Below the pieces are notes generated by a model that was given only the letters and a program-made list of their open reading frames with translations, was not told the origin of the DNA and did no database searches. From Vibrio vulnificus CMCP6 (GTDB lineage: Bacteria; Pseudomonadota; Gammaproteobacteria; Enterobacterales; Vibrionaceae): a stretch of DNA of 32,000 nt. Where the stretch lies: NCBI RefSeq assembly GCF_000039765.1, contig NC_004459.3, forward strand, positions 90,001 through 122,000. The letters are read 5' to 3'. A program made the translations under genes and the position numbers. Numbering within the stretch: the stretch's first letter is position 1; the number at the start of each line of letters is the position of its first letter. Shown piece after piece: positions 30,019-32,000 of this stretch.

Positions 30019-31134
30019 CTAAATTAGCTTGTTCATTTTTTCGCCCAGAATGTCTAAGCGCCAACCTTGCATCAAGTCTGGCAGGCGATTTTGATCGCGC
30101 TGATGTTTCCATACCCAACTGATCAGTTGATTAGTCTGCTTCTTCGACGCTAAAAACTCGCTCGCTAAACCTGTCGCTTTCGAAGCGTGAGTGACTTCGT
30201 CTTTCAGTTTTTTAAACAGTTGTTTGTAACCTGGCAAATCCATCAAACGTTCAATTGGTGCTGGATAATCCTCAGGATCAGTCTCACGCGCCGACTTCAC
30301 CATCGCAGCAATGCGGTTGCCATGACGCTGTACAGAGCGAACATCCATCCCCTCTTCTTCCATGCGCTTAAAGCTCGTCAGGCCTAAACGAGCCACTGTG
30401 AGTAAGTCATGTTCTTTGAAAACAAAGTTCAACGCTAAGTCACGACGAATCGCCTCTTGCATACGCCAAGTCGCAAGCGGCTTGAGTATCGCAAGCTCTC
30501 TTGGCTTAAGCTGCCAAGCCCCTTTGATATCGAGATAAGCATTGTCGGCATTCGGCGTTTTTACACGCTTGCTTGCTTGCAGTTCGCTCTCTTGCTGAGC
30601 CGCTTGCCACCAGCCCGCTTCCATCACTTTTTCCAACAAGATCTCGTACAGCGGCAACAAGTAGTGAACATCTGCCGCGGCGTACTCCAGCTGTTTGTCA
30701 CTCAGAGGACGAGCCAACCAGTCCGTGCGCGACTCACTCTTATCCAGTTCCACGTTAAGGTACTGCTCGACCAATGCGGCAAAGCCCGTCGATAGACCGT
30801 GACCCAAAAACGCGGCCATGATTTGCGTATCCACCATCGGCACGGGTATCGCACCCAACGCATTGTGGAACACTTCCAAATCCTCACCGCAAGCGTGAAG
30901 CACTTTCATTACCGAGGCATCGTTAAGCAACTCAGTAAACGCACTCATATCAGTCAGCACCGTTGGATCAATCAGCGAGAGGGTGTCACCATCAAAAAGC
31001 TGAATTAAGCCCAATTGTGGGTAATACGTTCGGGTGCGGACAAACTCGGTATCCAACATCACAACGTCTGCTTCGCGCGCTTTACTGCATACCCTAACTA
31101 GGTCTTGGTTTTCGGTAATAATTTGGTAATTCAC
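30019..31134 (-). CDS. rnd: Ribonuclease D
   Basis: From GTG 31134 the product (M)NYQIITENQDLVRVC...MLDTEFVRTRTYYPQLGLIQLFDG... is colinear with E. coli RNase D from its first residue. The track's ATG at 31191 lies inside the fadD terminator hairpin. Confidence 0.9.
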   Translation of the reverse strand: MNYQIITENQDLVRVCSKAREADVVMLDTEFVRTRTYYPQLGLIQLFDGDTLSLIDPTVLTDMSAFTELLNDASVMKVLHACGEDLEVFHNALGAIPVPMVDTQIMAAFLGHGLSTGFAALVEQYLNVELDKSESRTDWLARPLSDKQLEYAAADVHYLLPLYEILLEKVMEAGWWQAAQQESELQASKRVKTPNADNAYLDIKGAWQLKPRELAILKPLATWRMQEAIRRDLALNFVFKEHDLLTVARLGLTSFKRMEEEGMDVRSVQRHGNRIAAMVKSARETDPEDYPAPIERLMDLPGYKQLFKKLKDEVTHASKATGLASEFLASKKQTNQLISWVWKHQRDQNRLPDLMQGWRLDILGEKMNKLI

Positions 31135-31155
31135 TCGTCTCTCGCTATCGCTTTG

Positions 31156-31190
31156 AAAATAAAAATGCCAGCCTTGGAATTCGGCTGGCA
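31156..31190 (-). terminator. Intrinsic terminator after fadD
   Basis: The stem is tgccagcc (31166-31173) paired with ggctggca (31183-31190). On the minus strand UUUUUAUUUU follows. Confidence 0.75.
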
Positions 31191-31221
31191 TTTTAACACT
31201 CTTCGTGACACTTTGCGCGGC

Positions 31222-32000
31222 TTACGCTGCCTCATTCTCTTTGGCAAGCTTAGCATCATTTTCATCGCGTAATACGCGACGCAAAATCTTACCGACGTTG
31301 GTTTTCGGCAGATCTTCACGGAACTCAATCAACTTCGGCACTTTATAGCCTGTCAGGTGCTGACGACAGTGATTAATGATCTCTTCTTTGGTCAGGCTTG
31401 GATCACGCTTAACCACATAAATCTTCACCACTTCGCCAGAGACTTCGTGCGGCTGACCGATGGCCGCCACTTCAAGCACCTTACCGTGCAGCGCAACCAC
31501 ATCTTCGATTTCATTTGGATAAACGTTGAAACCGGACACCAAAATCATGTCTTTCTTACGATCAACAATGTGCAAGAAGCCATCTTCATCAAACTTGACG
31601 ATGTCGCCAGTCGATAGCCAACCGTCATTGTTGATCACTTCTTTGGTCGCTTCTGGGCGCTGCCAGTAACCTTGCATCACCTGTGGGCCACGCACTTGCA
31701 ACTCACCCGTTTCACTATTAGCGAGGGCTTCACCTTCATCGTTCACAATGCGAACTTCTGTTGATGGAACGGGCAGACCAATGGAACCGTTGTAATCCAC
31801 AAGATCGTGCGGATACGCGGCAACCAGTGGTGAACACTCGGTTAAACCGTAGCCTTCTAGCAGGTAACAGCCTGTGGTTTTCTTCCACTTCTCCGCCACC
31901 GCGCGCTGAACGGCCATGCCACCACCAACCGCCAGTTTCAGATGGCTGAAGTTCAGTTCATGGAAATCTTCATTATTGACCAGCGCGTTAAACAGCGTGT
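31222..32000 (-). CDS. fadD: Long-chain-fatty-acid--CoA ligase, C-terminal part; the N-terminus is beyond the window
   Basis: ...[12 protein letters not shown]...WLSTGDI...[20 protein letters not shown]...[31 protein letters not shown] matches the FadD C-terminus. The ORF stays open to the window edge. Confidence 0.85.
   Translation of the reverse strand, partial: TLFNALVNNEDFHELNFSHLKLAVGGGMAVQRAVAEKWKKTTGCYLLEGYGLTECSPLVAAYPHDLVDYNGSIGLPVPSTEVRIVNDEGEALANSETGELQVRGPQVMQGYWQRPEATKEVINNDGWLSTGDIVKFDEDGFLHIVDRKKDMILVSGFNVYPNEIEDVVALHGKVLEVAAIGQPHEVSGEVVKIYVVKRDPSLTKEEIINHCRQHLTGYKVPKLIEFREDLPKTNVGKILRRVLRDENDAKLAKENEAA

Noticed and set aside
31135-31191. ATG 31191 as the rnd start (390-aa version)
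   Set aside because: The codon lies within the fadD terminator stem, and the extra 19 residues have no counterpart in RNase D.

Overview
The window holds two regions. Positions 1 to about 20838 are the right-hand part of an integrated tailed prophage whose left end lies beyond the window. Positions about 20840 to 32000 are ordinary gammaproteobacterial (Vibrio-like) chromosome.

The prophage is almost entirely one tightly packed minus-strand operon. In transcription order it encodes two unknown packaging-region proteins, large terminase, portal, a Mu F/SPP1 gp7-like head protein, and an 858-aa protease-scaffold-major capsid fusion. These are followed by holin and XhlA-like lysis proteins, neck or tail-completion proteins, and a P2-type baseplate (gpV spike, an unknown, PAAR, gpW, gpJ, partial gpI). 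At the right end sit a tyrosine integrase translationally coupled to a GroES-like gene, a 630-bp non-coding region with seven direct repeats, a plus-strand GH108 endolysin, and a tRNA 3' fragment marking the junction.

The most interesting part is a low-GC accessory island of about 3.2 kb (about 8873-12120) inserted between the head-morphogenesis gene and the capsid gene. It carries a Panacea/DUF4065 antitoxin-like gene with an unrecognised 145-aa partner and a ParD-like/RelE-like pair. It also carries three unrecognised ORFs, including a divergent pair around an inverted repeat, and its own terminators. I read it as a candidate toxin-antitoxin and anti-phage defence hotspot.

The chromosomal part encodes an OmpR-type two-component system divergent from a DUF5666-repeat lipoprotein. 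It also encodes nupC, a LysR regulator, a lytic transglycosylase, ycgL, minCDE, rnd and the 3' end of fadD. The minD reading frame is broken by 2 extra nucleotides inside the P-loop codons.

I found no rRNA, no CRISPR array and no complete tRNA. All family assignments come from reading the translated ORFs by eye, with no searches run.
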